A stretch of DNA of 64,000 bases from an uncultured Lacihabitans sp. (GTDB lineage Bacteria > Bacteroidota > Bacteroidia > Cytophagales > Spirosomataceae): the NCBI GenBank assembly GCA_964489955.1, contig CAZBAV010000006.1:42848-106847 (forward strand). The letters run 5' to 3'. The notes beneath the pieces are model-generated. The model searched no databases. It had not been told where the DNA came from and worked only from the letters and a program-made list of their open reading frames with translations. Below are positions 22,378 through 32,593 of the stretch, one piece after another (the first letter of the stretch is position 1; each line of letters begins with the position of its first letter). The position numbers were made by a program, and so were the translations under genes.

Positions 22378-24110
22378 GATACATATCCTTAATATTTGCT
22401 TTGTTTTGTCTTAGTTCGTGTAAGAAGGTTGCGATTCCATCTGTGCAAAAGACAATGGATCAAGTGGTAGACCGACTTTACGGAACGCTTACCTACCCGC
22501 AAATGGACACATTGACTCATGCCGGGGTATTAACTTTTTTAAAAGAAGGTGAAAAGGAGGCTTTAGCTACACAATATTGGAAATTTGGTGTAAATGTACC
22601 TGTAAAGGTATCATTAATGAGACATAAGAAACAGGAAGTTCTTCCTTTTTGGTTGGAGTCTGCTGGTTTCAAAAAAACAGAATTAACCGTAGCTAATGCC
22701 AATTATGAATATGAGGTGTGGCAGAAGGACTTTCCCAAGGGAGTAGTACAACTTGGGGTCAATGGATTTGATAAGCATAGGCCTGTATATTTTGTAGCAG
22801 TAGCTCCTCAGGAAGCAGCCCAAAACGTAGAGATTAGTCCTATTTTCCCCGAGAAACAACATATGACATTAATGGAGGTTGGAGCGTTTACGTACCACGA
22901 TTGGGACGGGCTGGTACTCACAACTGTACCTAAGGAGTTGCAAGGACACACCCTACTGGCTACGGTGAGGGGTAGGGCTCGTGAAGCCCATGTGCTTGGA
23001 GCTTTCAGGGAAACCCAAAGCGTATCTAGTACTAATCCAGATCAAATTTTACTAACCTATAACCAAGATCCCGCAAATAGCGTAGCTATCAGTTGGCGTA
23101 CAAATACCTCATCAGATAAAGGTCAGGTGATTTTTTGGGAAGAGGGGAGTCTCGATAAAAAAGTTATGGGTGTGAAAGCAAAGGCATGGCAAGATAGGAT
23201 GCTCCGGAACGACAGGTATGTGCACCGGTTTACAGCTAATCTAGAAAATCTTAAATCGGGAAAAACCTATAGATATCAAATAGGAGACAGAGGGAGTGAA
23301 TACACATTCAAAGTACCAGACACGACTGATAAGTTTAGCTTTGTGTGGTTTGGTGATACCCATAATGATGAAAAGTGGGGTAAGATGTTACAGATGGCAA
23401 ACAAGAAGCATCCAAGTACCGAGTTTTATATGATTGCAGGTGATCTGGTGAATACCGGCTTACACCGGGACGATTGGGATAAGTTTTTTGCTTATTCAGG
23501 AGGCGTCTTTAGTGAAAAACCTATGATGGCCATACCGGGTAACCACGATAGTCAGGATGGATTGGGAGCGGGTTTGTACCAATACACATTACCGTATCCC
23601 TCTAACGGCCCCAAAGGTTTAGAACCGGGTTTAACTTATGCCTTTAATTACAAAAACGCTCTTTATTTAATGATAGATGCAGCATCTTTTTCCAATGATG
23701 ATCAGACTGCTTGGATAGTGGAACAACTTTCTGCCTCAAATGCCACCTGGAAGTTCTTGTCGGTTCATTTTCCGCCATTTAATGAAGTAGAAGAGTATCC
23801 CGATTTGGTAGAAAAATGGGTGCCTCTTTTTGATAAGTATAAGTTGGACTTTGTTTTCAGTGGGCATTTTCATTATTACTTAAGAAGCTATCCTATGAGG
23901 GATGGTAAAGTAGGCGAGAAAGGCACTATTTATATGACCTCAGTAGGGACTTCTGCCGCCAGAGAAGCCAAAAGCCACCAACCGTTTGTGCAGAAAAGAT
24001 TAGAAAAAGGTAATTTTTATCAAATGGTGGACATTGACGGGAATAAACTACATATGAAAGTCTACGATAACGAAGGAGTGGAAGTTGATTTTTTTGAAAT
24101 TGTTAAATAA
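22374..24110 (+). CDS. metallophosphoesterase with purple-acid-phosphatase-like N-terminal domain (lipoprotein)
   Basis: 578 aa with lipobox LSSC. Calcineurin-like motifs are GDTHND, GDLVN, GNHD and GHFHYY. The start overlaps the GDPD stop by 4 nt. Confidence 0.8.
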   Translation: MRYISLIFALFCLSSCKKVAIPSVQKTMDQVVDRLYGTLTYPQMDTLTHAGVLTFLKEGEKEALATQYWKFGVNVPVKVSLMRHKKQEVLPFWLESAGFKKTELTVANANYEYEVWQKDFPKGVVQLGVNGFDKHRPVYFVAVAPQEAAQNVEISPIFPEKQHMTLMEVGAFTYHDWDGLVLTTVPKELQGHTLLATVRGRAREAHVLGAFRETQSVSSTNPDQILLTYNQDPANSVAISWRTNTSSDKGQVIFWEEGSLDKKVMGVKAKAWQDRMLRNDRYVHRFTANLENLKSGKTYRYQIGDRGSEYTFKVPDTTDKFSFVWFGDTHNDEKWGKMLQMANKKHPSTEFYMIAGDLVNTGLHRDDWDKFFAYSGGVFSEKPMMAIPGNHDSQDGLGAGLYQYTLPYPSNGPKGLEPGLTYAFNYKNALYLMIDAASFSNDDQTAWIVEQLSASNATWKFLSVHFPPFNEVEEYPDLVEKWVPLFDKYKLDFVFSGHFHYYLRSYPMRDGKVGEKGTIYMTSVGTSAAREAKSHQPFVQKRLEKGNFYQMVDIDGNKLHMKVYDNEGVEVDFFEIVK

Positions 24111-24345
24111 GTTTTTATTTGTATAAATATATAAATAATTAAATATTTAATAAAAAAACAAACTTACTATTTGGGGCATTTCGTTTTGTGAAAAATCGTT
24201 AAAGCGTCTCTGGGGATAAATCCGCTGTTTATAGCTTGGAATAACTTCAGTTTATTACTTGTAATTAAAATCTTGTAAGTATTTCTGAAAATAGTGTAAG
24301 GCTCTTTAGCTACGGATTAATGATTTTTGTAAAAAAAATGAAATA

Positions 24346-24549
24346 ATGACTAAATCATATAATGTATCGGGAATGAAATGCGGAGGTTGCGAAACCAGCA
24401 TTAAGAATGCACTTAGCAGTATAAGTGAAATTACAGGAGTGGAAATTAAAAGGGAGGAAGGAAAAGCAACGGTAGAAATGAAGTCTGATTTAGAAGTTGG
24501 CATTCTACAAGAAGCTATCGGAAAGGGTTTTGTTATAACGGAAGAATAA
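24346..24549 (+). CDS. heavy-metal-associated (HMA) domain protein, CopZ-like
   Basis: 67 aa with the metal-binding motif GMKCGGC near the N-terminus and a ferredoxin-like length. Confidence 0.8.
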   Translation: MTKSYNVSGMKCGGCETSIKNALSSISEITGVEIKREEGKATVEMKSDLEVGILQEAIGKGFVITEE

Positions 24550-24558
24550 TTAGGTTTG

Positions 24559-24600
24559 CCTTAAGGACGGAATAAATCAACCGTCCTTAGGGTAATTTTG
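24559..24600 (+). terminator. intrinsic terminator after the HMA gene
   Basis: CCTTAAGGACGG-AATAAATCAA-CCGTCCTTAGGG (one mismatch) followed by TAATTTTGTTTT. Confidence 0.6.
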
Positions 24601-24826
24601 TTTTCTACATAACTTTGGCTCTTATAGTTGGGTTTTTTATGTTCTCAGGTTTTCAAAAGGTTGAGGCCGACTGAATCTGCTAGTTGTTTAAACTTACTGC
24701 CCCTTTTAATGTAGGTGGTTTTAGTAATAATGCCATTTAATCCGAATTTTGGTTTAAAACATTTCTTCAAAAGACTTGTGCGGTCTTAGGCAGTCATGTA
24801 GTTTAGCATTTTTTATTTACTATAGG

Positions 24827-26026
24827 ATGCGATACGATACGATAATCATAGGCGGAGGAATAGTAGGCTTAGCTACTGCTCTTTCAATTTTACAAAAAAG
24901 GCCGCAAACGCGGCTTTTAGTGCTAGAGAAAGAAAATGGGCCTGCAGTACACCAAACAGGCCACAACAGTGGAGTAATACACTCGGGACTATATTATAAG
25001 CCCGGGAGTTTGAAGGCCTTAAACTGTATAAAGGGGTACCACCAATTGTTAGATTTTTGCCAAAAATATGAGATACCACACGAGATATGTGGAAAAGTCG
25101 TAGTGGCTACGCGAAAAGAACAAGTTAGCATTTTAGATGGTCTATATGAAAGGGGGCAGCAAAATGGTTTGGAAGGTCTTGAGCTTCTTTCTCCTGAACA
25201 AATAAAGGAAATAGAGCCACACGTGGCAGGCTTAAAAGGGATCAAAGTACCGCAGACTGGTATAATAAACTATAAAGTTGTAGCGGAAAAGTACGCCGAC
25301 TTAATCCAAGACCTGGGCGGTACAATAAAATATGGAGAGCGTGTATCGTCAGTATCAGAGCTTAGTGGAGTTTCCAATGTGGTTACCAATAAGGCCAGTT
25401 ATGATACTACTTTGGTGGTGAACTGTGCGGGTTTATACTCCGATAAAGTGACCCAGTACACAGAAAAAGAAAAGGTTAATGTCCGGATTATTCCTTTTCG
25501 GGGCGAATACTATGAGCTAAAGCCAGAAAAGCATTATCTGGTAAAACATCTGGTTTATCCCGTTCCGGACCCCAATTTCCCTTTCTTAGGTGTGCATTTT
25601 ACAAGGATGATAGAAGGCGGGGTAGAGGCCGGGCCCAATGCGGTATTGGCTTTCAGCAGAGAAGGATATAAGAAATTTGATATAAAGTTTTCTGAGTTTG
25701 GTGAAACTCTCGCTTGGCCGGGATTTCGGAAAGTGGCAGCCAAATATTGGAAAACCGGATTGGGAGAGTATTACCGGTCTTTTTCTAAATCTGCTTTTAC
25801 TACAGCCCTGCAAGAGCTTATTCCCGAACTGCAGAAAGATGATTTGGTGCCGGGTGGTGCCGGAGTACGGGCTCAAGCATGCGAGCATAACGGAGGCTTG
25901 CTGGATGATTTTTCTATAATAGAGAATTTGCAGGCAATAAATGTAGTAAATGCACCATCGCCTGCGGCAACCTCGTCTCTTTCTATAGGCGAAACCGTTG
26001 CAGAATTGGCTTTGAAGAGGCTATAG
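24827..26026 (+). CDS. lhgO: L-2-hydroxyglutarate oxidase/dehydrogenase
   Basis: The track ORF starts at TTG 24776. ATG at 24827 gives MRYDTIIIGGGIVGL (FAD Rossmann). HQTGHNSGVIHSGLYYKPGSLKA is typical of LhgO-type enzymes. Confidence 0.8.
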   Translation: MRYDTIIIGGGIVGLATALSILQKRPQTRLLVLEKENGPAVHQTGHNSGVIHSGLYYKPGSLKALNCIKGYHQLLDFCQKYEIPHEICGKVVVATRKEQVSILDGLYERGQQNGLEGLELLSPEQIKEIEPHVAGLKGIKVPQTGIINYKVVAEKYADLIQDLGGTIKYGERVSSVSELSGVSNVVTNKASYDTTLVVNCAGLYSDKVTQYTEKEKVNVRIIPFRGEYYELKPEKHYLVKHLVYPVPDPNFPFLGVHFTRMIEGGVEAGPNAVLAFSREGYKKFDIKFSEFGETLAWPGFRKVAAKYWKTGLGEYYRSFSKSAFTTALQELIPELQKDDLVPGGAGVRAQACEHNGGLLDDFSIIENLQAINVVNAPSPAATSSLSIGETVAELALKRL

Positions 26027-26097
26027 TAGTATGATGTTGTTAAAACTGTCTTATTTACAATTAATATAATTAGATTTGCAGCTGGAAATCTGTATTA

Positions 26098-28137
26098 ATG
26101 AATCCAGAATCACTTATTATCTTTAATTTACTACTGTACCTTTTAGGCTTTCTATTTTTGCTTGGCCTGAACAATAGTGTATTTGCCAGTATGTCGGGCT
26201 GGATTTCCCTACTCATAAATGTTCTTGGCCTTGTTTTTACGTCCAATCAGGTATTAAATATCCCCGGGGATTTTCAGATACAATATGAGTGGCTAAAGTT
26301 AGGAGATAAGTCTTTGTATTTTAGTTTTTTAATGAATGCCCAAACCAAATTTATGTTGGTTTTAGTGCAGGTTGTATCCTGCTTGGTTACGCTCTTTTCT
26401 ACCAAGTATATGTCGGAAGATAAGGGACAAAATCGTTTTTTTGCATTCTTAAATCTCTTTGTATGCTCTATGCTGGGTTTGGTTCTTTCAGGTAACCTTT
26501 TCCAGATTTACTTTTTTTGGGAGCTTGTAGGTTTTTGTTCATATCTACTTATTGGGTTTTGGTATACTAAAAAGGCGGCCAATGCTGCAGCTATGAAAGC
26601 CTTCTTATTAAATAGGGTAGGAGATGCATTCCTTCTAACAGGTATATTTCTGATCTTTTATTTATATGGGACGCTGGACTTTGGTGATTTACTGGTGGCA
26701 GAAGTAATAGAAAGAGATTATGTTGTTTTTGATAAATTACAGCTTCAAACTATAGCTATTCTACTGGTTTTTGGAGGAGTTATAGCCAAGTCTGCTCAGT
26801 TTCCATTACAGGTTTGGTTACCTGATGCAATGGCTGGCCCTACGCCGGCTTCGGCCCTAATCCATGCCGCTACTATGGTTGTATCTGGCGTGTTTTTATT
26901 AGGACGTCTCCAACCTTTAATCACAGAAGACGCCGGTTTATTTATCACTTTTGTGGGGTGTATTACGGCTTTGGTAGGGGCTGTTCCAGCCCTAGTAGCT
27001 ACTGACTTAAAGAAAGTCTTGGCATTCTCAACCCTTTCGCAACTAGGCTTTATGGTAGCTGCAATGGGTATGGGTGATGTAGCCGCTGCATTTTTCCATT
27101 TAACTACCCATGCGTTTTTTAAGGCGGGCTTATTTTTGTGTGCAGGTGTAATTATTAGCTATTTACACCATGAACAGGATATGAGAAAAATGGGGAATTT
27201 AACAAGTAAACTACCTATTGTATTCTATGCATTTTTATTATGTTCGGCGGCCTTGGTAGGTTTACCACTTACCTCAGGCTATTTATCAAAAGAAACTATA
27301 CTTAATACGGCTTTCATCTATGGTTTAGAAGAAACAGGACTAAAGACAGCTGTGCCCGTTTTACTACTTGTAAGTTCTTTTTTTACAGGAATGTATGTGG
27401 TACGCATGATAGTGATGGTGTTTTTTAAGCGAGAGGATAATCCTGTGGATTTACTTATAGATAATACTAAGAAAACGGTGGGAGGTGCTATAAAATCTTT
27501 CCAAGATATCCTTACTGGTGACAATAAGGGGCGTTTTGGTGAGGAAAGTATTCTTTCTTTCATACGTGGATTAGGCGTTTTTGAGTTAGCTATCATCTTT
27601 TTAGCAGCATGTTCTACATATATAGTTTTCTCTTCGCATCCTCTGCATGCTGTAAATGTTTGGTTTTATCCTAAGTTTGGTATACAAAAGGAAATGTATA
27701 CTTGGTTACCTTGGGTAGTAGGAGGTATTTTCATAGTAGCGTTATTAGTGAGTTATAATGTTACTTTAGAAGAAATTAAAAGATATTATTTGGGAGAAGG
27801 CAAACCAAAACAATGGCTATTAAGGCAGTTTTATATGGATACCTTGTATGAACGGGGTTTTGTGCGGATATATAGAGATGTACTTCCCGTGTTTTCTACT
27901 ATAGAAAAAAAAGTGCTTGACGCATTAATTTCGGGCTTAAGTATGGCTACCATAACGTTTTCCAGCTGGACTTCAGTGTTTGAGAGAAAGGTGGTAGACG
28001 GGGCTGTTTTAGGTAGTTTTGCGGGTTTGAAAACAATAGGTGATAAGATACGGAAACTAGCAAAAGGTCAATTACAAAATTATATTATGGGTTTAATACT
28101 GGGTTTTGTCTTATTAGTTTTGGTTGCTTTATTATAG
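26098..28137 (+). CDS. nuoL: NADH-quinone oxidoreductase subunit L
   Basis: 679 aa. Antiporter-like blocks are WELVGFCSYLLIGFWY and GPTPASALIHAATMVVSG. There is a long C-terminal amphipathic segment plus a final TM helix, the lateral-helix arrangement specific to NuoL. Confidence 0.9.
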   Translation: MNPESLIIFNLLLYLLGFLFLLGLNNSVFASMSGWISLLINVLGLVFTSNQVLNIPGDFQIQYEWLKLGDKSLYFSFLMNAQTKFMLVLVQVVSCLVTLFSTKYMSEDKGQNRFFAFLNLFVCSMLGLVLSGNLFQIYFFWELVGFCSYLLIGFWYTKKAANAAAMKAFLLNRVGDAFLLTGIFLIFYLYGTLDFGDLLVAEVIERDYVVFDKLQLQTIAILLVFGGVIAKSAQFPLQVWLPDAMAGPTPASALIHAATMVVSGVFLLGRLQPLITEDAGLFITFVGCITALVGAVPALVATDLKKVLAFSTLSQLGFMVAAMGMGDVAAAFFHLTTHAFFKAGLFLCAGVIISYLHHEQDMRKMGNLTSKLPIVFYAFLLCSAALVGLPLTSGYLSKETILNTAFIYGLEETGLKTAVPVLLLVSSFFTGMYVVRMIVMVFFKREDNPVDLLIDNTKKTVGGAIKSFQDILTGDNKGRFGEESILSFIRGLGVFELAIIFLAACSTYIVFSSHPLHAVNVWFYPKFGIQKEMYTWLPWVVGGIFIVALLVSYNVTLEEIKRYYLGEGKPKQWLLRQFYMDTLYERGFVRIYRDVLPVFSTIEKKVLDALISGLSMATITFSSWTSVFERKVVDGAVLGSFAGLKTIGDKIRKLAKGQLQNYIMGLILGFVLLVLVALL

Positions 28138-28143
28138 TTTAAT

Positions 28144-29715
28144 ATGGGTTCAAGTATACTAAGTTCTTTAATAGTAGTGCCTTTGGTGGCAGCAATAATA
28201 ATTTTGCTTTTGCCTAGGGCGTATAAGACATCCTTTAAGTGGATTAATTTGGTTGCCCAAGTCATTTTGGTTATCAATGCCTTGACCATTATGGGAAGTT
28301 TTGATAAAGAAGATCCCAGCTACCAAATGTTGGAGCATTCGGAGTGGATACGACTTTCTCTTGGGGGGAAAGCCATGCTGTCTATAGATTATATTTTGGC
28401 TGTAGATGGTTTGTCGCTTCCGATGGTAGTTTTAAGTGCCATAGTTTTTTTGGTGGCTTCTATTTCTTCGTTCAAAATACAGGTTAAAGAGAAATCGTAT
28501 TATGTGCTATTTTTGGTTCTTACTGCCTCTGTATTTGGTTCTTTTCTTGCGGTAGACTTCTTCCTGTTTTTTGTATTCTTTGAATTTATGTTACTACCCA
28601 TGTATTTCTTGATAGGAATTTGGGGAGGAGAAAACAGGGCTTATGCATCCCTAAAATTCTTTGTTTATACATTTATAGGCTCTTTGCTCATTTTGGTGGT
28701 GATGATTTGCATGGTCATGTCTAGTAGTGATGAGTTTTTTAGTAATGAATATAGTAGCTTGGTTTATAGTTTTGACTTCAGGATGCTTAAAGATGCAGCC
28801 AATCTCATCCCGGGCTCAATTTTAGATATAGAAAACCCTAAATTGGTTTTTGGTATACCTGCCCGAAACCTCATGTTTTTGTTGCTTCTGATAGGTTTTG
28901 GAATTAAGTTACCTGTAGTACCTTTCCATACCTGGCTTCCGGATGCCCACGTAGAGGCACCTACGCCTGTATCGGTTGTATTGGCTGGGATACTCTTAAA
29001 AATAGGAGGATATGGTGTGTTAAGGATAGCCTATGGGATTTTGCCGGATGCAGCTGTAACATTTACCACTTTGGTTGGTGCTTTGGGTATGGTTTCTATT
29101 ATTTATGGAGCCTTAAATGCTTTAGCTCAAACGGATCTTAAAAAGCTAATTGCTTATTCTTCGGTATCGCACATGGGATTTGTGTTTGTGGGCATTGCTG
29201 CTCTTAATAGCGAAGGGATAAACGGAGCAGTTTTCCAGATGTTTAGTCACGGGGTGCTTTCTTCTATGCTTTTTCTGATAGCTGGGGTACTCTATGAGCG
29301 TACACATAACAGAGAGATTGCCAATTTTGGAGGTTTGGCCACCAAAATGCCGGTTTATACGTTAATGGTCACTATTGCATTCTTTGGATCTTTGGGCTTA
29401 CCATCATTATCTGGTTTTATTGGGGAGTTTCTAACCTTGTATGGAGGATTTCAGTCATTGGTTTTACCAAAGTTTGTACCGATAATTTCGGTAGTAGGAT
29501 TAGTACTTTCTGCTGTATACTTACTTTGGACTTTCCAAAGGATGTTCTTAGGGCCTTTCCGCGTTAATGGAGAGCACTTGCAGGCTATGAAAGATCTGGG
29601 CCGAGAAGAAATAATAATGTTGGCCGGGCTGGCTGTTCTTACTATCTTGCTAGGGGTTTTACCAAATACTTTACTTGACTTTACCAATACTACGGTTCTT
29701 GAGTTCCTAAAATGA
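28144..29715 (+). CDS. nuoM: NADH-quinone oxidoreductase subunit M
   Basis: 523 aa with LPVVPFHTWLPDAHVEAPTPVSVVLAGILLK, and position directly after nuoL. Confidence 0.9.
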   Translation: MGSSILSSLIVVPLVAAIIILLLPRAYKTSFKWINLVAQVILVINALTIMGSFDKEDPSYQMLEHSEWIRLSLGGKAMLSIDYILAVDGLSLPMVVLSAIVFLVASISSFKIQVKEKSYYVLFLVLTASVFGSFLAVDFFLFFVFFEFMLLPMYFLIGIWGGENRAYASLKFFVYTFIGSLLILVVMICMVMSSSDEFFSNEYSSLVYSFDFRMLKDAANLIPGSILDIENPKLVFGIPARNLMFLLLLIGFGIKLPVVPFHTWLPDAHVEAPTPVSVVLAGILLKIGGYGVLRIAYGILPDAAVTFTTLVGALGMVSIIYGALNALAQTDLKKLIAYSSVSHMGFVFVGIAALNSEGINGAVFQMFSHGVLSSMLFLIAGVLYERTHNREIANFGGLATKMPVYTLMVTIAFFGSLGLPSLSGFIGEFLTLYGGFQSLVLPKFVPIISVVGLVLSAVYLLWTFQRMFLGPFRVNGEHLQAMKDLGREEIIMLAGLAVLTILLGVLPNTLLDFTNTTVLEFLK

Positions 29716-31154
29716 AGGAGATTTTAAATAGCACTTTATATATAGGGCCAGAAATTGTTTTGGTTTTGGGCATACTTTTGTCTGTACTTCTTGCTGCATT
29801 CGGCAGGGAAAAGAGCCGCCTCGTTTATTATACTTTTTTGGGTGTGGTTTTATGCTATATGTTTGCAATAGTGGTTAAATATGATAATGTCACAACCGAG
29901 GGAGTTAGTTTATTTGAAGGCCTTTTACACTTAGATAAGTTATCTCTCTTAGTAAAACAATTAAGTGCTATCTCTGCTTTTATTTTTCTGGTACATGCAC
30001 GTTTTTTTCGGTATGCTTATGATAATGAAATATACATCATGGTGCTTTTTGTGCTATTGGGTATAAGTGTATTATCTATGAGTACGCACTTTCTTACTTT
30101 GTTTGTTTCTTTGGAGATCGTATCGCTTAGCTCTTATGTGTTAGTTAGTGCCAAAAAAGAAAAACGAAATTTCGAAGCAGGTATAAAGTATTTGATATTT
30201 GGAGCTACAGCTTCTGCAATTATGCTGTTTGGGGTTTCTTTGTTCTTTGGTATGTCTCATAGCTTAGATTTTGCATCGGAAGGTTTTAGCCAAATGGTGA
30301 CCAAAAGTCCGACTTTTGCTGTGAAAATTGTGACATTGATGGTTCTTTCAGGCTTTCTATTTAAGATAACAGCTGCTCCTTTCCACCAGTGGGTTCCTGA
30401 TGTTTACCAAAGTACTTCCACCCCGATACTTTCATTTTTGTCATTTGCCCCTAAAGCTGCAGGGTTTTTAGTTGTGGCAAGGATTGTGCATGCCGGGTTT
30501 GTGGACCTAAATATGATTTTGGTTGCTATAGTCTGCATTTCGCTTGTGGTAGGTAATTTGTCTGCCTTATGGCAAAACGACTTTAAACGCTTGCTTGGAT
30601 ATTCGGCTATTGTACATTCAGGTTTTATATTGGTAGGTCTCGTAAAAGGGCCGGAAACCGATTTCTATGGCACTTTCTTTTATTTGGCTTCTTATTTGCC
30701 TATGACCATGGGAGCTTTTTTCTTGGCCGATTTGATACACATGAAAATAAGCACATACGATATTCCTTCTATGGCTGGGCTAGGAAAAAAGTATGGTTTA
30801 TTGGCATTTAACGCACTTATTATCCTTATTGCTTTAATTGGCTTGCCACCCACAGTGGGTTTCATGGCCAAAATGGTCGTATTTACAACTTTGTATGAAG
30901 TGGGTTCGTCGGCTGTAAATGGTAGTGTATATTATTTTCTGCTTGTTTTTGGCTTGTTAAATTCTGCTATAGCTTTATACTATTATTTAAGGCCGGCCTA
31001 TTATATGTTGGTAGTGAAGCCCACTGAGGGCGACAGCTCTTATGTGAACAGCTTTTGGATGAGCGTATTACTATGCTACTTTAGTGCATTTATTATAGCA
31101 TTCTTTGTTTCTCCAAACCTACTTAGTGAATGGATTAAGAATGTCCTTTTTTAG
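29712..31154 (+). CDS. nuoN: NADH-quinone oxidoreductase subunit N
   Basis: 480 aa with ITAAPFHQWVPDVYQSTSTPILSFLS. Overlaps the nuoM stop by 4 nt. Confidence 0.85.
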   Translation: MKEILNSTLYIGPEIVLVLGILLSVLLAAFGREKSRLVYYTFLGVVLCYMFAIVVKYDNVTTEGVSLFEGLLHLDKLSLLVKQLSAISAFIFLVHARFFRYAYDNEIYIMVLFVLLGISVLSMSTHFLTLFVSLEIVSLSSYVLVSAKKEKRNFEAGIKYLIFGATASAIMLFGVSLFFGMSHSLDFASEGFSQMVTKSPTFAVKIVTLMVLSGFLFKITAAPFHQWVPDVYQSTSTPILSFLSFAPKAAGFLVVARIVHAGFVDLNMILVAIVCISLVVGNLSALWQNDFKRLLGYSAIVHSGFILVGLVKGPETDFYGTFFYLASYLPMTMGAFFLADLIHMKISTYDIPSMAGLGKKYGLLAFNALIILIALIGLPPTVGFMAKMVVFTTLYEVGSSAVNGSVYYFLLVFGLLNSAIALYYYLRPAYYMLVVKPTEGDSSYVNSFWMSVLLCYFSAFIIAFFVSPNLLSEWIKNVLF

Positions 31155-31906
31155 ACCAGAATTAATACCAACGAAGATAGCAAAACTAGGACAATGATAA
31201 CTTTCCTGAATAAAGCTTCTGGAATGACTTTCAGGATTTTTATTCCCAGAAAGCCACCAAGTAGCACAAAAGGGAAGGCTAGGAGGTTAAGGTATACGCC
31301 AGCCCATGACAGGTTGTCCCAAACCAAAGCTTGTAAGGGAACCTTGGTGTAGTTGAGGATCATAATAAACCAGGCTGCGGTGGCTGTAAATGTTACTTTA
31401 TCCAGTTTTTTTGATAGCATATAGATAGATAAGGCAGGCCCTGCCGCATTACCCATCATAGTAGAAAAACCCATTACAAAGCCAAACAAAGGTGCGTACC
31501 ACGGTTTTTTTGTGAATTTGTCTTTTAATAAATACTGGCTCCAAAGTAAGAATATCATTCCTAATACTATACAGGCCGCAATTATGATTTTAAAAGCCCG
31601 GTCATCCGTATACTTTCCCACTATTAAGCCTATAACGAGTCCTAACAAAGCCATTGGGAGAAGTTTTTGAACCTCCTGCCAGAGAAACGCTTTGCGGTAG
31701 TAGATTACTGCAATTAAGTCTGCAAAACATAGTAAAACCAGTACAATGCCAGTAGAGTATTTTGCTCCGAAAAGTATAGCAAACATAGGAATAGCCAATG
31801 TGCCTATATTAGGAATGCCAGTTTTGGACATACCGATGAGCATGGCACAGCCAAAATATACTGCCCACGCCCAAGGAGAAGAAAAATAATGTAAAGCGGA
31901 TTCCAC
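31151..31906 (-). CDS. TauE/SafE-family anion exporter
   Basis: 251 aa with about 7-8 TM helices and two similar halves. The stop codon overlaps the convergent nuoN stop. Confidence 0.7.
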   Translation of the reverse strand: MESALHYFSSPWAWAVYFGCAMLIGMSKTGIPNIGTLAIPMFAILFGAKYSTGIVLVLLCFADLIAVIYYRKAFLWQEVQKLLPMALLGLVIGLIVGKYTDDRAFKIIIAACIVLGMIFLLWSQYLLKDKFTKKPWYAPLFGFVMGFSTMMGNAAGPALSIYMLSKKLDKVTFTATAAWFIMILNYTKVPLQALVWDNLSWAGVYLNLLAFPFVLLGGFLGIKILKVIPEALFRKVIIVLVLLSSLVLILV

Positions 31907-32187
31907 TAATGTAGCTATAGTTTATAGTGTTGCAAATGTAAATACTTAGATTTGGTAATGCTAAAAAAGTATGACTTGACTATTTATTAGATAACTTATC
32001 TTTGGAATTTCCACTTTGAATTTTGGAGGGTTATTAAATTTTACACCATAATATTAATACGCTTGGACTTTTTCGTATCTTTCGTTTCATGGAAAAAAGA
32101 ACATCAATAGGTACAGGTATTATGAGTAGAAAAAGTAAATGCCAGTCCAAATAGTAATGTGTTTTTGTGTAAAATTTAAGAGATAAT

Positions 32188-32553
32188 ATGGAAATAAATA
32201 CGGTTAATATCGGTGATAAACTAGCTTTGTTTAATGAGCATTGGTCTCCTAAAATTATTGGGGAACTCAATAATCAGCATGTGAAATTAGCGAAATTCTT
32301 GGGCGAGTTCGTTTGGCATAAGCATGATAATGAAGACGAAATGTTCATGGTAATTTCCGGCAAACTAATAATTGAGCTTCGGGATAAAACTTTAACAATA
32401 GGGGAGGGAGAGTTTGCAATAATTCCGAGAGGTGTGGAGCATAAACCGGTTGCAGAAGAAGAGGTTTCTGTTTTACTTTTTGAACCCGCATCTACACTTA
32501 ATACTGGTGGAGTAGAAAATGAATTGACGAAGAAGGAGTTAGAAAAAATATAG
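32188..32553 (+). CDS. cupin-domain protein
   Basis: 121 aa. Cupin motif 1-like WHKHDNEDEMFMVISG and motif 2-like IPRGVEHKP. Confidence 0.75.
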   Translation: MEINTVNIGDKLALFNEHWSPKIIGELNNQHVKLAKFLGEFVWHKHDNEDEMFMVISGKLIIELRDKTLTIGEGEFAIIPRGVEHKPVAEEEVSVLLFEPASTLNTGGVENELTKKELEKI

Positions 32554-32593
32554 GTTGCTGCTTACTTCAGTAAGTAACGTATAATAAATGTTC

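Noticed and set aside
24346-24549. Stand-alone CopZ-like HMA gene as the marker of a metal-resistance island.
   Set aside because: No P-type ATPase, CusCBA/Czc, MerR/CsoR regulator or other metal gene is adjacent. Isolated HMA chaperone genes are common.
26098-31154. nuoLMN reinterpreted as an Mrp-type Na+/H+ antiporter module.
   Set aside because: No mrpB/C/E/F/G-like small subunits are adjacent, and the first protein has the NuoL-specific C-terminal lateral helix plus a terminal TM helix.
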